Source: Bdellovibrionota bacterium (GTDB lineage Bacteria; Bdellovibrionota_C; UBA2361; OMIW01). Taken from it: a stretch of 37,678 bases of DNA. The stretch is from assembly GCA_044345055.1 (NCBI GenBank), contig JBIJBT010000021.1:1-37678 (forward strand). The letters run 5' to 3'. The notes beneath the pieces are model-generated. The model had not been told where the DNA came from, searched no databases, and saw only the letters and a program-made list of their open reading frames with translations. Positions 28,602 through 37,678 of the stretch are shown piece by piece. Numbering within the stretch: the first letter of the stretch is position 1; each line of letters begins with the position of its first letter. The translations under genes and the position numbers were made by a program.

Positions 28602-29278
28602 TCGGGGGGAGCAAATCTTCGCAAGGTTCGTGCTCGGCTCTGTTCCTCCCTCCAGGCTGCTATTCGCTTATGATCGCCTGAAAGCAGGGCTTCAGGCACA
28701 GATAGCCCCTCGAAGATTGAGGGTTTGGTGTAGACCGGTGCCTCTAGCGCAATCGAATCGTCTGAGCCGATCGATTCCTGTTCGGCAGATGCTCGGTTTC
28801 CCAGTGCTCCAGGAACCAAACGAATGCACGCCTCAATCATCGCCATCGCCGCTACTTCACCACCGACGAGAATAAAATCCCCAAGAGATACCTCCTCGTC
28901 CACATGAAGATCGATGATTCTCTGATCGATCCCCTCGTATCGTCCGCACAGGAAAACGAGCTCTTTTTCCTTACTCCAACGCACCGCCGTGCTCTGACGG
29001 AACTGTTGCCCGCATGGTGATGGATATATAACGCGCGAGTTTGGATAGGATTTTTTTATTGAGGAAAGTGCAGCGTGAAGAGGTTCCGGCCTCAAAACCA
29101 TTCCTGCTCCACCACCATACGGGGTATCGTCGACGTTGCGATGAGGGGGCGGAGCAAAGTCTCTAGGATTTACTGTCTCCAGCCGAAGGATACCTTTCGA
29201 GCAAGCGCGACCAACTATCCCCAGCTCAGAGAAGGAACTAAAGAGGGCTGGAAAGAGGGTTACAACTGTGCATTGCAC
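28598..29278 (-). CDS. trmD: tRNA (guanine37-N1)-methyltransferase
   Basis: VTLFP, VDDTPYGGGAGMVL, CGRYEGIDQR, SLGDFILVGGE and LLSGDH motifs. Confidence 0.98.
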   Translation of the reverse strand: MQCTVVTLFPALFSSFSELGIVGRACSKGILRLETVNPRDFAPPPHRNVDDTPYGGGAGMVLRPEPLHAALSSIKKSYPNSRVIYPSPCGQQFRQSTAVRWSKEKELVFLCGRYEGIDQRIIDLHVDEEVSLGDFILVGGEVAAMAMIEACIRLVPGALGNRASAEQESIGSDDSIALEAPVYTKPSIFEGLSVPEALLSGDHKRIAAWREEQSRARTLRRFAPPE

Positions 29279-29395
29279 CTGATTGAGTACCCTCCCACTA
29301 ATGCTTTCAAGCTTCGTGTTATCCTACGGAAAATCGCACTGTTTTCGGAAAAATATGCGTCCTTAGAATAACTTGACTGAAACCGATTTAATTCC

Positions 29396-29728
29396 CTACG
29401 CAGCTGCCCGTTTTGCAGCACGCTCTTTTCGAGCTTTGCGAGCCGCTTGTACGCGGGTCCGCTTGCGCTGTTCACGCTCTTCGAGTAATCCAGGGAATGA
29501 TTTTTTAATCAAAGAAGCTACTACTTGTGTAGGTTGAGCGCCGTCTGTAACCCACTTTCGTACATGCTCTTCATTGAGGTTGATCGATGCCGGATTGGTC
29601 ATCGTATTATAGCTCCCCACAATCTGGAGGAACCGACCATCGCGCCAATACTGCTTCTCTGCAGCAACTACACGATAAAACGGGCGCTTTTTCTGGCCGT
29701 GACGGGCTAGGCGTAACATTACTGCCAC
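29396..29728 (-). CDS. rpsP: 30S ribosomal protein S16
   Basis: MAVMLRLARHGQKKRPFYRVV..RDGRF..GAQPT; RBS AAGGAG before GTG. Confidence 0.97.
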   Translation of the reverse strand: MAVMLRLARHGQKKRPFYRVVAAEKQYWRDGRFLQIVGSYNTMTNPASINLNEEHVRKWVTDGAQPTQVVASLIKKSFPGLLEEREQRKRTRVQAARKARKERAAKRAAA

Positions 29729-29840
29729 GTGAACTCCTTTTCCTTAGGTGTATATAGCAAACAGATTCCTTGCGAACCAATCCTTCTGGAGAGGCTTTTG
29801 GTGCCATGAATGACAAAAACTGCGCACGGAACGACGATGG

Positions 29841-29870
29841 AGAATACCAGAGAGGGAATGGTTGAGTCAA
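29841..29870 (-). promoter_or_regulatory. Sigma70-like promoter of rpsP-trmD operon
   Basis: Minus strand TTGACT-N18-TATTCT with an extended -10 TG. Confidence 0.5.
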
Positions 29871-29953
29871 GGGATGTGCCGCGGTTCGGTTATGGGATAA
29901 CGTTAGTCAGTGAGATTTAGTTCCCCTCCGTTTATTTCAAATTAGGGTAGTAA

Positions 29954-30691
29954 GTGAAACCCCTCATTACCGTTGCCCTCGCCGAGCGTCTCGCCTCTGA
30001 TGGTCCTCCAATTTGGGGCGATCATGCGACCTATCTTACCTGTGTTATTGCAGCGGGGGGTGTTCCGATCGCGATTCCTCCTGTTCCTGATCTTGATCAG
30101 CTCGCGCGATACTACGAACTTGCTGATGGAATATTCTTACCGGGTGGTGAGGACATCGACCCGAGCCGATATGGTGAGGAGCGTCTTGGTCAGTGCGGTC
30201 CAAGTCATGCGGGAAAAGAAGAGGTCGAGCTCACCCTTATCGAGTGGGCTCGTCGGGATAAAAAGCCAATCCTTGGGGTTTGTCGGGGAGCACAGCTTCT
30301 TAATGTTGCTTATGGGGGAACCCTATTTCAGGACCTTCCATCGCAGCGAAGTGACGGCCTTGTGCACAATAAAGGGGAGTGGTGTGAGATAGTTCATCCA
30401 ATGGCGATTGTCGAAGATTCGCGGCTGAGAGATATACTTGCTGTCTCGACAATCGAGGTAAATTCGCTCCATCATCAGGCAGTAAAGACGCTTGGAAATG
30501 GGCTGCGCGCCGTAGCGTTCGCTCCAGATGGTCTCATAGAGGCTTTAGAGGGAACAGAGGATGGGCACTTTGTTGTGGGAGTTCAGTGCCACCCCGAAAC
30601 GCTTTACGAAGACATCGAGCCCCGGTTTCGCGAGCTTTTTGCGACTTTTATCGCAGAGGCGTTTAGGTGGCGGAAAGACAAGCTGGGGTAA
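29954..30691 (+). CDS. Gamma-glutamyl-gamma-aminobutyrate hydrolase family protein (peptidase C26, PuuD-like)
   Basis: LPGGEDIDPSRYG, ILGVCRGAQLLNVA.GGTL.QD, VNSLHHQAV and GVQCHPE (class I glutamine amidotransferase triad). Confidence 0.93.
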   Translation: MKPLITVALAERLASDGPPIWGDHATYLTCVIAAGGVPIAIPPVPDLDQLARYYELADGIFLPGGEDIDPSRYGEERLGQCGPSHAGKEEVELTLIEWARRDKKPILGVCRGAQLLNVAYGGTLFQDLPSQRSDGLVHNKGEWCEIVHPMAIVEDSRLRDILAVSTIEVNSLHHQAVKTLGNGLRAVAFAPDGLIEALEGTEDGHFVVGVQCHPETLYEDIEPRFRELFATFIAEAFRWRKDKLG

Positions 30692-31071
30692 TGCACAAGA
30701 TGGCATCTCGAAAAGGGGTAGGAGAATTATGCTTGGTGTTGGATTTGTACCGGTCGCCCCGCAGAATCTTTAACACGAACCACAGGGAAGGAGTATAAGG
30801 TTGGGTCAAGTTCCTGATGGAGCTTGAAATCCAACAGGATGGATCATGGAAGATCGCAAAATTTTAAAAAGGCACGTGGCGCTTTGTAGGTCTCATGCTG
30901 CTCATCAATCAATGCTTCGATCAAGGCCCTACTCGTTCCTGGTCCGAAGTATACCCATGAAATTGCAACGTTTTGAGCTATGGGGAGCTAAAACGTCGCA
31001 AAACGGCCTTATTCGTTACTTTAAGCCAAATTAGTGCCAATTTTCGGGTGCAAACGAATACCTTATAGCGC

Positions 31072-32094
31072 CTATCCTTCAGATTCCAACACTGCTCTGC
31101 CAAGCTGTTCAACAATAGAAGGGATGCCCTCTCTTGTTGCCGTGGAGATGCAGAGGGGGAATATCTTTGCGGCGTGAAATACTCTGCAGATCTCCTGCAG
31201 CCGTTCCTCGGTGACAAGATCTATCTTGTTTAGAGCCACGATCTCGCGACGGGCGGCAAGTTCCGAGGAGAATGCGCAGAGCTCTTTGCGGATGGTGTGG
31301 TACTGAGCAAGGACCGATGCTGGCTCAAAGTCATCGTGGAGGGTTGGGCCTGCGATATCGATAAGATGGAGGAGAAGGGCGGTCCTTTCGAGATGTTTGA
31401 GGAAGGCAATCCCGAGCCCTTTTCCTTCGGATGCGCCTTCGATTAGTCCGGGGATATCAGCGACGACAAAACTTTGCTCACCAAAAGCTCGAACCACACC
31501 GAGTGATGGGGTAAGGGTAGTAAAGGGATAGTCGGCGATTCGGGGACGTGCCTCCGATATCGTGCTGATGAGGGTCGATTTTCCGGCGTTTGGAAGACCG
31601 ACAATACCAACATCGGCGAGAAGTTTCAGACTGAGCCGAACTCGTCGAGACTCACCCTCTTCCCCCGGCTGAGTGTGGTAGGGCGTTTGATTTGTTGCGC
31701 TCTTGAAAAAATCATTTCCTTTGCCGCCGCGGCCACCCTTGGCGATAATCACTCGCTGCTGGTCAACGGTAATATCTGCGACAACTTCACCGGAGTCGAT
31801 TGAGATAACTTCAGTTCCTAAAGGAACTGGAATAATCAGGTCCGCTCCGCCTTTTCCATCTTTTCTTCGTCCTTCGCCATTTCCTCCCCGACCAGCTTGC
31901 CACTGTGGTTGGAGTTGAAAGTCAAGTAGAGTCCGTTTATTCCGGTCACCGACCACATAAACCGAGCCACCAGCTCCTCCATTTCCGCCATCGGGACCGC
32001 CAAACGGAACGAATTTTTCCCTGCGAAAGCTGCATGCGCCCGCGCCGCCGTGACCTGCAGAAACCTCTATCTCGACCTCATCAACAAACTTCAC
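31072..32094 (-). CDS. obgE: GTPase ObgE/CgtA
   Basis: (M)KFVDEV, FRREKFVPFGGPDGG, GLPNAGKST, DYPFTTL, DIPG and NKID; GTG start at 32094 after GAGGTG. Confidence 0.98.
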   Translation of the reverse strand: MKFVDEVEIEVSAGHGGAGACSFRREKFVPFGGPDGGNGGAGGSVYVVGDRNKRTLLDFQLQPQWQAGRGGNGEGRRKDGKGGADLIIPVPLGTEVISIDSGEVVADITVDQQRVIIAKGGRGGKGNDFFKSATNQTPYHTQPGEEGESRRVRLSLKLLADVGIVGLPNAGKSTLISTISEARPRIADYPFTTLTPSLGVVRAFGEQSFVVADIPGLIEGASEGKGLGIAFLKHLERTALLLHLIDIAGPTLHDDFEPASVLAQYHTIRKELCAFSSELAARREIVALNKIDLVTEERLQEICRVFHAAKIFPLCISTATREGIPSIVEQLGRAVLESEG

Positions 32095-32121
32095 CGGACA
32101 CCTCTTGCTATGTTTCTCCAA

Positions 32122-32175
32122 TAAGAAAAGACCCGATTCAGCACGAAGCCCACGGCTACCGCGCTGAATCGGGTC
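32122..32175 (-). terminator. Intrinsic terminator-like hairpin between rpmA and obgE
   Basis: Minus strand GACCCGATTCAGC-N20-GCTGAATCGGGTC (13-bp perfect stem) followed by TTTTCTTA. Confidence 0.7.
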
Positions 32176-32229
32176 CGAACTTTTTGCAGGCGCTCCCTAA
32201 AGGAGGGGCTCCCTCAAGCTGTTACCAGC

Positions 32230-32541
32230 TTAGGCTTCAGCTGATACTACCGACTCGGTAGCCTCGATTGCTGCTGCTGCCGCTTCGATAGCCTCAACTG
32301 GCACAATCTCAACCAATAAACGACGGCTTCTTCGGAACTTAACGAAACCATCCGCGAGCGCGTAGAGGGTAAAATCTCGACCCTGACCAACGTTAGCTCC
32401 TGGCCAGTAGCTATTTCCTCGCTGACGCACAATGATGCTTCCTGCCAAAACTGCCTCGCCAGAGTATCTCTTTACTCCAAGCCTTTTTCCTGCGCTATCA
32501 CGACCGTTACGTGAACTTCCACCCGCTTTTTTATGTGCCAT
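32230..32541 (-). CDS. rpmA: 50S ribosomal protein L27
   Basis: [31 protein letters not shown]. Confidence 0.98.
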   Translation of the reverse strand: MAHKKAGGSSRNGRDSAGKRLGVKRYSGEAVLAGSIIVRQRGNSYWPGANVGQGRDFTLYALADGFVKFRRSRRLLVEIVPVEAIEAAAAAIEATESVVSAEA

Positions 32542-32580
32542 GGAAACGTCTCCTTCGATGTAAAATTGGGCCTTTTATCT

Positions 32581-32913
32581 TTAAGCCGTCTGAATACCGA
32601 GCACCTCTATTTTTGAGTAGAGCTGACGATGGCCTTGCTTTTTGTGATAGCCGTTTCGGTTCACCTTTTTGAAGGCGATAACCTTTTTCCCTTTTTCCTC
32701 GCCGAGCACCTTGATTCGGACCGACGCTCCAGCAACGGTGGGAGCGCCAACTATCTGCTCGATCCCTTCACCGCCGATAAAATGCACAGCCTGGACATCG
32801 GTCTCATAGCCCTTTGCTGCTGGCTCTTTGTCGACAACTAACCGATCAACGGAGAGGACATCCCCCTGCTTCACGCGGAACTGCTTGCCGCTTATAGTAA
32901 CAATCGCGTACAT
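32581..32913 (-). CDS. rplU: 50S ribosomal protein L21
   Basis: MYAIVTISGKQFRVKQGD...KKQGHRQ; true start ATG 32913. Confidence 0.97.
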   Translation of the reverse strand: MYAIVTISGKQFRVKQGDVLSVDRLVVDKEPAAKGYETDVQAVHFIGGEGIEQIVGAPTVAGASVRIKVLGEEKGKKVIAFKKVNRNGYHKKQGHRQLYSKIEVLGIQTA

Positions 32914-32942
32914 AATTTTTCTATAAAAAAATATCGAATCGG

Positions 32943-33019
32943 TTGGCTTACTGTAAGATTGGCTTACCGTAAGATTGCCTACTGCGAGACCGGACGAGGC
33001 TACTGTGAGACTGGACGAG
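32943..33019. repeat. Tandem repeats in rplU leader
   Basis: TTGGCTTACYGTAAGA x2 (32943, 32959), a degenerate third copy, and CTACTGYGAGACYGGACGAG x2 (32979, 33000). Confidence 0.85.
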
Positions 33020-33405
33020 CTTAAAAAACTGTGTCTCTTAGTCGCGGGGACACCCATCAGCCGAGCGAGCTTCCCGCCTCTTAACCGGAGGCTCCCGAGT
33101 ATGGCACACCTTTTTTTAAATTCAAAGCCCTTGGAGCCCGTTTGCGGGTGGAGAGAATGAACGATCGGAAGATATCGGGACAAAAGGGGGGCTTCGAGCT
33201 GAAAAATCACTCTGGACGGAGTTGCTCGGTTGGGCTACTAGAGGGGGAGGAGAATCCAGCAGAAGGCTAGCCGTAGCAGAGACTGTTGGGTAGAAATTGA
33301 TGCTCTCGACCGACAGAGTAGGAAAGCCTCTTAATATTTCGGTCGAAGCGGCTCTTGAGTCAGACGGAGCACCTTTTTTTGATAGCTTCAAAGCGGAGCC
33401 TCGTT

Positions 33406-34104
33406 ATGAATCCACCAAAAGAGATAGGTCCCCTCATCGCTATAATTGATGATAACGACTCGATCCGAAAAAGTGTCGCGATGAATCTTCAGCTAGAGGG
33501 ATTTCGGACTCTAGAGGCGAAAGATGGTGAAGAGGGCTTGACCCTCATTCGCTCGAGAAAACCGGATCTCATCGTACTTGATGTATTGATGCCGAAAAAA
33601 GATGGCTTGCAAACATGTCGCGAGTTGCGAGCTGAGGGAATCTCTACACCCCTTATTTTGCTTACACAGCGAACCTCATCGGTTGATAAAGTGCTTGGGC
33701 TTGATCTGGGCGCGGATGATTACGTCGGCAAACCTTTTGAGATGGCAGAGCTTGTTGCTCGAGTAAAGGCGTTGTTACGTCGAGTTCAGGCTATGTGCGC
33801 GGTTGATCGTGTTGAATTTGCCGATGTAAGTGTTGATTTTAAAGCTTATAAAGCTGAACGAAAACATCAGCCTCTTGAGCTTTCAGCGAGAGAATATCGT
33901 CTGCTGCGGTACCTGGTTGCAAAAGAGGGGGCTGTGGTGACTCGCGATGAATTGCTCGATGAGGTGTGGGGTTATAGCGGATACTCGGCAACAAGAACGG
34001 TCGACAACCACATTGCACGATTACGCCAGAAGATCGAGGAAAATATTGAAAATCCTCGACATATTCTAACAGTGCACGGAGTTGGCTATAAGTTTGTTGC
34101 CTGA
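33406..34104 (+). CDS. OmpR/PhoB-family two-component response regulator
   Basis: IIDDN, LDVLMP, GLDLGADDYVGKPF; winged-helix ELLDEVWG, RTVDNHIARLRQKIE and TVHGVGYKF. Confidence 0.96.
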   Translation: MNPPKEIGPLIAIIDDNDSIRKSVAMNLQLEGFRTLEAKDGEEGLTLIRSRKPDLIVLDVLMPKKDGLQTCRELRAEGISTPLILLTQRTSSVDKVLGLDLGADDYVGKPFEMAELVARVKALLRRVQAMCAVDRVEFADVSVDFKAYKAERKHQPLELSAREYRLLRYLVAKEGAVVTRDELLDEVWGYSGYSATRTVDNHIARLRQKIEENIENPRHILTVHGVGYKFVA

Positions 34105-34347
34105 ACGATTTGAGAGGGGCGAGTAGGGATAAAATAGGAGACTTTCGGTATCGAAGCGTTTTAAGCGCGCATCCTAAAGGGCAATGCAAAGTGTTTAGGA
34201 AGGAATTGACAGGTTTGTGCTGACCTCCTTATTCGTGATAACCGCCTGAAAAAGAGGATGTTTTGGCGGGAAAGAGTGGGGGGAGAAATAAGGCGCGATT
34301 AGTGATAAGATGTTATTGGTTCCAGCGATTTTTCAAGCGGTTTAGGT

Positions 34348-34644
34348 ATGACGAACTATCGAAATAGCCCTCAGCAGGTTACGCGCGGCAAAGGGGCCCA
34401 GGTCGATTGTATTGACATCATAAGTATGCTCGGCGATTACCTTGATGCGGATCTGTCGCCTAACCTTTTTCATCTTTGTCAGGCCCATTTTTCGGAGTGC
34501 GGTTATTGTCGACGATTACTCGATGAATATGGGACGACCGTAGCACTCGCATCTGAGTTGCGCGATGTTCCTCCACCAGAAGAGGTTCGCACCCGCTTAC
34601 GTGAACGGCTTCGTGAGCATCTCAATCTTAAGAGCCCTCGATAA
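34348..34644 (+). CDS. zf-HC2 zinc-finger anti-sigma-factor-like protein
   Basis: DC..I..MLGDYLDADL......AHFSECGYC (HxxxCxxC); 98 aa, no TM segment. Confidence 0.85.
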   Translation: MTNYRNSPQQVTRGKGAQVDCIDIISMLGDYLDADLSPNLFHLCQAHFSECGYCRRLLDEYGTTVALASELRDVPPPEEVRTRLRERLREHLNLKSPR

Positions 34645-34783
34645 GGGCTTCCATTCTGCTATACTCCGTCTCCTCAGTTGATTCCGTTCAATCTGTTTCT
34701 TTGCGTGCCACGGTCAATAATGAGCCCCAAACGGCGCTCTCGTGTCACTGACGATTAATACCTTCTCAATTTCGTGTGTTCCT

Positions 34784-37564
34784 ATGGCCGATTCATCGCA
34801 TTCGCTTAGCGCTCTACAGAAAGATCCTAACGAAGTTATCCTTATCGATGGGTCAGGTTATATTTTTCGTGCTTATCACGCGATTCCCCGCCTCTCTAAC
34901 GCATCAGGTTTTCCAACAAATGCGCTTTTTGGGTTTTCGCGGATGTTGTTGAAGTTGCTCTCCTCTATCACGAGCAATCGAATAGTTCTTGTTTTTGATG
35001 CATCAAGAAAAACATTTCGTAATGAGATATTTGGGGGATATAAAGCGCATCGCGATGAGTGTCCCGAGGACCTTGTTCCGCAGCTTCCTCTTTTTAGGCA
35101 AATTGGCGAAGCTCTCGGAGTGTTAACGGTTGATCGGCTCGGTTTTGAAGCAGACGATATTTTAGCAACTCTGGCGGAGCGATTTAGTTCGGCAAGTATT
35201 CCGTGCGTGGTGGTGAGTGGCGATAAAGATCTACTCCAATTGGTCACGGATCGGGTTGTGGTTTGGGATCCGATGAAAGATCGGTTTTTTGATAAGGAAG
35301 CGGTTAAGGAGCATCTTGGTGTGGCTCCAGAGTTTATTGCAGATTATCTTGGGCTTGTTGGGGATACTTCGGATAATATTCCTGGAGTCTCAGGGGTTGG
35401 TCCTAAAACGGCAGCTTCCCTAATCGCGTCGTACGGCGGTGTTGAGGATATATTGAGCGCGCTTGATAATATTGAGCGCGATTCTGGATTGCGGGGGCGT
35501 GCAAAAATTGTTGAGACTCTTCGCGCAGATCCCGAGGTCTTGCGTATGAGTAAGAGGCTCGCTGAAGTTTGTCGAACTGTTCCAACGATGACCTCGTTGC
35601 GAGGTGAGGTGTCGATTGTTGATAGCGATATTGCTGAGCTTCTTGCTCAGTGCGAACGCCGGCCGATTGATGATGCCGAGTTGACGAAGCTCAGTGAACA
35701 GCTCGAGTTCCAATCCCTTTTTAGTGAGCACGTTGCTCCTACTGCGCCCCGAGATGATGCGAGCCGTTACGAGCGATATCATACGGTGTGGAAAGATAAA
35801 TTTTCTGAATGGGTAGTCGAGTTGGCAGCTCAGCCGATCGTAGCGATCGATCTTGAAACAACTTCGCTTGATCCGTTGGAAGCGAAGATAGTTGGCGCCT
35901 CTTTTTGCTGGAATGATGAGGAGAGTTGGTATGTGCCTTTAGGGCATCTTGAGGAGGTGGAGCAGCAGGTTTCGTGGAGCGATTTTATCGCGGCGGTGCA
36001 GCCGATCTTCTCCTCAACAGAGATAAAAAAAACGGGGCATAATCTCAAATTTGATATTGAAGTGATGATGGCTCAAGGGATAGAGCTGGAAGGAGTGGTG
36101 TGCGATTCGATGATCGCCTCTTACATTCTTAATCCAGACAAGCGTGCTCACGGGCTCGATGTGGTCTCTAGAGAGGAGCTTTCGATTGAGCCGATTTCAT
36201 TTGAGGAGGTGGTCACAAAGAAAGGTCTTTATAATTTTAATCAGGTCTCGATAGCTGAAGCGACACGTTACGCAGCAGAGGATGCGCATCTCTCTTGGAA
36301 ATTGACGAATCGGTTTCTTCCTCGAATAGCGGAGGAAAAATTAGAGGAGGTGTTTACCGAGATCGAGATTCCTTTGATTCCAATTCTTGCCGCGATGGAG
36401 CTGCGCGGGATCGCGCTTGACTGCAAAATCCTGCGCGAGCTTTCAAGGGAGTGTGGAGAACAGATCGCCGCTAGAGAGAAGGCGGCGATAGATATCGTTG
36501 GTCGCCCATTTAATCTCAACTCCCCAAAACAGCTCTCTGAGATACTATTTGAGGAGCTTCAGCTATCCACAAAGGGATTAAAGAAAACCAAGACAGGTAT
36601 ATCGACCGATGCTTCGGTGCTTGAGAAGTTAAAAGATGCGCATCCGTTACCGGCGCTGTTGCTCGAGCACCGGACACTAGCGAAGCTAAAAAGCACCTAT
36701 CTCGATGTACTTCCAGGGCTTGTATCTCCAATTACGGGGCGGCTCCACACGAAGTTTAATCAAACCGGAACAGGGACTGGGCGTTTATCGAGCTCTGAAC
36801 CAAATTTGCAAAATATTCCTATTCAGACCGAATTGGGTCGCAAGATTCGTTCGGCTTTTGTCGCTCCTGCTGGGCGTCTTCTTATAGCGGCCGATTATTC
36901 GCAGATTGAGCTCAGGCTTCTTGCTCACATGAGCGAGGATGCTGAGCTGATTAGGGTATTTAAGGAGGATCTCGATATTCATGCACAAACGGCTCGGAAT
37001 ATCCTTGGATTGCGGGATGAGGACCCGCTTCCTTCCGATGCCCGTCGGGTGGGGAAAACGATAAATTTCGGTGTGATTTATGGCATGGGTCCCTTTGCGC
37101 TGAGTCAGCAGCTCGGTATCACAATGGCTGATGCGCAGCGATATATCACTGCTTATTTTAATCGATTTCCAAGGGTGAAGAGTTTTTTTGCGAAGCTTGA
37201 GGAGGCGGCAAAACGGGATGGATTTGTCCGGACCCTCTCGGGAAGAAAGCGATTGATTGCGGATCTCGATTCAACGGGACGGGGTCAGGGGTTTTTGGCT
37301 CGGGCAGCCATTAACGCACCGCTCCAGGGGTCTGCTGCAGATTTGATAAAAAAGGCGATGATTCGGGTCGATGAACGTCTAAGGCGTGAGGGGCTCTCTG
37401 CATTTATTGTGTTACAGATTCACGATGAACTGGTGCTCGAATGCGAGGCCGAACAGGTATCGGTAGTGATGGAGCTTGTAAGAGAGGAGATGGAGCAGAC
37501 CATGGAGCTGCTTGTGCCGTTGAAGGTTGATATAGGTAGTGGAAATAATTGGCTTGAGATTTAG
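34784..37564 (+). CDS. polA: DNA polymerase I
   Basis: 5'-3' exonuclease (LIDGS, EADD, SGDKDLLQL, GDTSDNIPGV), 3'-5' exonuclease (DLETT, GHNLKFD, YAAED), polymerase (TGRLSSSEPNLQNIP, ADYSQIELR, KTINFGVIYG, QIHDEL). Confidence 0.99.
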   Translation: MADSSHSLSALQKDPNEVILIDGSGYIFRAYHAIPRLSNASGFPTNALFGFSRMLLKLLSSITSNRIVLVFDASRKTFRNEIFGGYKAHRDECPEDLVPQLPLFRQIGEALGVLTVDRLGFEADDILATLAERFSSASIPCVVVSGDKDLLQLVTDRVVVWDPMKDRFFDKEAVKEHLGVAPEFIADYLGLVGDTSDNIPGVSGVGPKTAASLIASYGGVEDILSALDNIERDSGLRGRAKIVETLRADPEVLRMSKRLAEVCRTVPTMTSLRGEVSIVDSDIAELLAQCERRPIDDAELTKLSEQLEFQSLFSEHVAPTAPRDDASRYERYHTVWKDKFSEWVVELAAQPIVAIDLETTSLDPLEAKIVGASFCWNDEESWYVPLGHLEEVEQQVSWSDFIAAVQPIFSSTEIKKTGHNLKFDIEVMMAQGIELEGVVCDSMIASYILNPDKRAHGLDVVSREELSIEPISFEEVVTKKGLYNFNQVSIAEATRYAAEDAHLSWKLTNRFLPRIAEEKLEEVFTEIEIPLIPILAAMELRGIALDCKILRELSRECGEQIAAREKAAIDIVGRPFNLNSPKQLSEILFEELQLSTKGLKKTKTGISTDASVLEKLKDAHPLPALLLEHRTLAKLKSTYLDVLPGLVSPITGRLHTKFNQTGTGTGRLSSSEPNLQNIPIQTELGRKIRSAFVAPAGRLLIAADYSQIELRLLAHMSEDAELIRVFKEDLDIHAQTARNILGLRDEDPLPSDARRVGKTINFGVIYGMGPFALSQQLGITMADAQRYITAYFNRFPRVKSFFAKLEEAAKRDGFVRTLSGRKRLIADLDSTGRGQGFLARAAINAPLQGSAADLIKKAMIRVDERLRREGLSAFIVLQIHDELVLECEAEQVSVVMELVREEMEQTMELLVPLKVDIGSGNNWLEI

Positions 37565-37678
37565 TGGGTGCAAAGAGGGGCGATTTTTTTTTGAGGGAGC
37601 GGGTTTTTTTATTGACGAGGAGCTTCATTCATTTCTATTGTAGACAGATGCCGTTTACAGGGGGATGGGATGATGAGT

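Noticed and set aside
32914..33210. N-terminally extended L21 (209 aa in the ORF track); similar extensions on TatB, ObgE and PolA
   Set aside because: Conserved family N-termini (and RBSs for tatB and obgE) point to downstream starts; the extensions are artefacts of the longest-ORF call.

Overview
This is a gene-dense bacterial chromosomal segment made up mostly of housekeeping genes. The organism is a Gram-negative, flagellated bacterium. The SPOUT methyltransferase next to trmD and a secreted trypsin-like protease loosely suggest a deltaproteobacterial or Bdellovibrionota-like lineage, but this is inference only. Recognisable genes are nnr (5'-truncated), tsaE, an S1 protease, nadK, an MCP, rsmB, hemB, bioB, greB, a stand-alone receiver, lpxD, tatC, tatB, fliD, aspC/tyrB, kup, hrpB, a SPOUT methyltransferase, trmD, rpsP, a peptidase C26, obgE, rpmA, rplU, an OmpR-type regulator, a zf-HC2 anti-sigma-like protein and polA. 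There are also two unknown lipoproteins and two TPR-type proteins. I found no CRISPR array, tRNA, rRNA, transposase or clear multi-gene novel system. The most interesting signals are non-coding: (1) a ~206-bp MITE-like element with terminal inverted repeats, an internal third end and an 8-bp target-site duplication; (2) a REP/REPIN-like inverted doublet with compensatory base changes beside an accessory TPR gene; (3) matching sigma28-like promoters on fliD, an orphan receiver and possibly a lipoprotein; (4) recurrent short tandem repeats in intergenic or leader DNA; (5) an rpsP-trmD operon lacking rimM and rplS.
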